Below, one piece after another: positions 61,101 to 64,000 of a stretch of DNA of 64,000 nt. Numbering within the stretch: the stretch's first letter is position 1; each line of letters begins with the position of its first letter. The position numbers and the translations under genes were made by a program. The DNA is from Fimbriosthenelais zetlandica. Taxonomy: Eukaryota. The notes under the pieces were generated by a model. It ran no database searches. It had not been told where the DNA came from and worked only from the letters and a program-made list of their open reading frames with translations. The stretch covers positions 60,574,001-60,638,000 of the forward strand of contig OZ365109.1 in NCBI GenBank assembly GCA_977030845.1, read 5' to 3'.

Positions 61101-64000
61101 CGGCACCTATTTTCTTTTCTTTTTTTCTTCTTTTTTTTACATCAAAGCTACATCCATTTTAAAGCTTTCGACAAGTTAGCCATGCATGGACCCCTGAGAT
61201 TCACTAGCTCAAAGATCAAACCGGAGCTGATCATCAAACACGCATTACAATTATACAAGTTGACTGACCATCATGGCGAGGGTGATTGTGAGTGTATGGT
61301 GACCACCAGGTGTGGTATGTACACTGGTGGCTTGTATTTCCACTGAGTACCATATGGTGCTAGTCAAGGTTAAGATCTTAGCTACATAAATATAGAAATA
61401 TAATATACAGAAATGGGTGGCAAAAATGGATCGTATTGCAATAAACGTAAAAGTTCAAATCGTTGATACCTGCAGACATGTTAAATATAGGCCTAGATGG
61501 CAAAGGATCAAAATTAAGTTTTAATGGGCTGTAACTGTGATAGAATTAAGATCTGAATATATGCAGGAATAGAATTGACCACTACTGAATTGAACAAGTT
61601 TCATAGTTTAATACATTGGAATTAGTTAATTCGGGGGTTCCCACTTCCATAATTATTACATAAACATCCCATAATATTTAAGGACCGGAAGTCTGCAGAC
61701 TACGATGGTTCAGCTACAATTTAATCAGGGCAATGGAACCAACGCCCCTATAACTCCTATCAAACATTCAATCATAAGGATGGAAATCAAAGTTACTGCG
61801 ATTTCGGTCTGAGATAAATTGCAAGGAATAAAACTTCATTAGGAGCATGGAAGTGATGTTGATAATTAAATAAGTAACCAAAGAGAGGAATGGTGAGTAG
61901 TTACAACGTGATTTATATGAAAAGATAATTATATTATTAGAACCAATGAGTGATAGTATCCCCTATAGGACCTCGTCAAACAGAACATCAAAATAAGAGA
62001 AATGGGCCTAAAACACTACAAAAGAGGATGCCCTAGTTTTACAAATACAGTTAGCTAAAGGCATTTATCTGTAATGATTTATATTTGCCCTTTGATCTCC
62101 CGTGGTACGCACCAGCCAAACCTGTCGTCGAAAAATAATAAAGAAAAAAGGATACTGCTCAAAATATATCTGTTTGTAATAAATGATAGTAAATAAAAGT
62201 CGGCGCTGAACCGTTTATCCTGTAAACAACATTATTAATATTTTGGTTCTGTATGAAGAAAAGATCATAATTATGTTTGTCTTAGACGGCGAGGAATGAA
62301 GGCGAAAAAGATGTAAAAATACAATAAAACGAAAACATTCAGGCACAAGTATTCAGAAATTATGACGGAGATAGGAAGAGGAGGGATAGCCACTAATACT
62401 AGCTGTCTATGCTATCATTTAATTTCGTGGAATAATATTTTTTGTATTCTATGCTCAATAAGAAAAGGAGGGGTGAGAGGAGTCGCTATAGGAGAGCATG
62501 GAGGTATAAGAAGAGGAGCCAGGAGGTATCTGACGAAAAAAACAGAGGAGTGGATGGAAGGAGGGAGGACAGAGTAGGGAGCAATGAAAGAAGGATTTAT
62601 ATATATGTAATCATTTCTTAACCAGAACAATTCTAAAAAGTAAGACAACACAAACTACTGCAATACATAGCAGGCAAGTCAAAGGGCGTGAAAAGGTCCC
62701 TGCGGCAGGTCCCAGCAACCATGGGAATCAAGCAGATACATGACAATGTTTTCATGCCTGGTTTCTTCTCGATCATTCTATAGACCCTCGACACCCAGCA
62801 GGAGAGGAACGTGGAAAGCACTCGCTCCCATGTGCCTCACATGTGCCTAGATCTGTGGAACGTGACAGAATCGAGTACCTTAAAAGGATCACTTTATAAT
62901 TGAGGTGGTGCAACAGATGGGCCACGTTCCTTTCCACTTAATTCAGATGCCAATTATTAATGTGGAAACATGTCTATCACGACACATCACTTCTTACTTC
63001 ATTGACTGCATGGGAATTTCAAGCTCATGCGTCTGATCCGGAATTAGCTTGAGCTAAGCGTTTGGTCAATGACACGTTTGGAAAGGAGTGTATAGCCTAT
63101 CTATAATACTTATGCGTCCAATTGTATAGCATGAACAGACAGATTACTGCATTAATTAAAATTAAATTTATATTAATTCATTTTATGTAAAATTAATATT
63201 ATTTAAAAGTGCTGCATGGGATGGAAATTTTGATATCTTAAATATTCTAAAATGTCATAACTATACAAAGCTGTCAAATTATAATCTAATACTTGCAAAT
63301 CTAAAAGAGGGAACATAATTTACCAGGAGGTATTTATAAACAATAATATTATATAAAATCCCCACACATAGGGCCTAATGGTTTAAAAGGTATAAGGGGG
63401 GACCCTGTTACATTTGTTACTGTAGGCTTACAAATGAGTGGTTTCTCCTATAAACGGAAGATGGCAGCCCCGTTGTGTGGCAAACTCCCTCAACGGCTTT
63501 GCACATCAACACTCGCCTTGCACTTTCAGGACCATATCATGCGGAATGCAACAACTGGCGAAAGTACCTGGAACTGTATTGGCATGTGGTGGACATGGGA
63601 GTAAAATATAAATTCTATAATATGTCTTGCAAATACAAAGAAAATCATAAAATATATATTAAAAAAATAAATTCCTTTCCCAATTACGAAACACGGGTCC
63701 ACATAAATAAGGTTTAATTGTAAGCTCATTCTGTCATTTCACAAGGGCATATCGGTCATGGGGCTTTCACAAATCAGGATATAATAATAATTATTTCATA
63801 CATATATGATGGAAATATGATATATTTAACAGGAGATGAGTACATTTATATGTATGTATGAGACAATCTCAAAATCATCAACCATATCATTTTACTATAC
63901 CAATAATTCCCAATATTTATAGTGGCTAATGTTCTATCGGAACAGAAGTATACCGGTATTATAGGGATTGTCAGTAAATTCTATCACCACCACGATTCAT

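Noticed and set aside
62610-62821. Hydrophobic stretch as the signal-peptide exon
   Set aside because: The hydrophobic frame has no ATG after an upstream stop, and its only nearby donor (ctg|gttaag) is phase 0, while the next exon needs phase 1.

Overview
Eukaryotic (animal) genomic DNA, visibly AT-rich and intron-rich. It is probably a marine invertebrate such as a sea urchin; this is an inference from gene structure and the frequent TAGGCCTA/ACATGT motifs. Two spliced protein-coding genes lie in tandem on the minus strand, both assembled by hand from GT-AG sites and phase continuity. (1) An LRRC49 orthologue: 10 coding exons from the ATG at 32192 down to 20821, including an 18-nt microexon. 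Its remaining exons were not found in the window. (2) A single-EGF-domain, single-pass membrane protein resembling an EGFR ligand of the Spitz/Keren/TGF-alpha type: 5 exons, 46892 down to 38024, with the signal-peptide exon unresolved. The most interesting signal is in gene 2. It shows two features known from Drosophila Spitz: a juxtamembrane motif that fits the rhomboid-protease recognition pattern (IRTA|QLAGG), and a probable mature N-terminal Cys (EG|CYRR) of the kind palmitoylated by Rasp/HHAT. Introns and flanks hold many decayed L1/Tx1-clade LINE fragments, almost all on the minus strand, plus several MITEs and microsatellites. No rRNA, tRNA or CRISPR array is supported. All homology calls come from remembered family motifs, not database searches.
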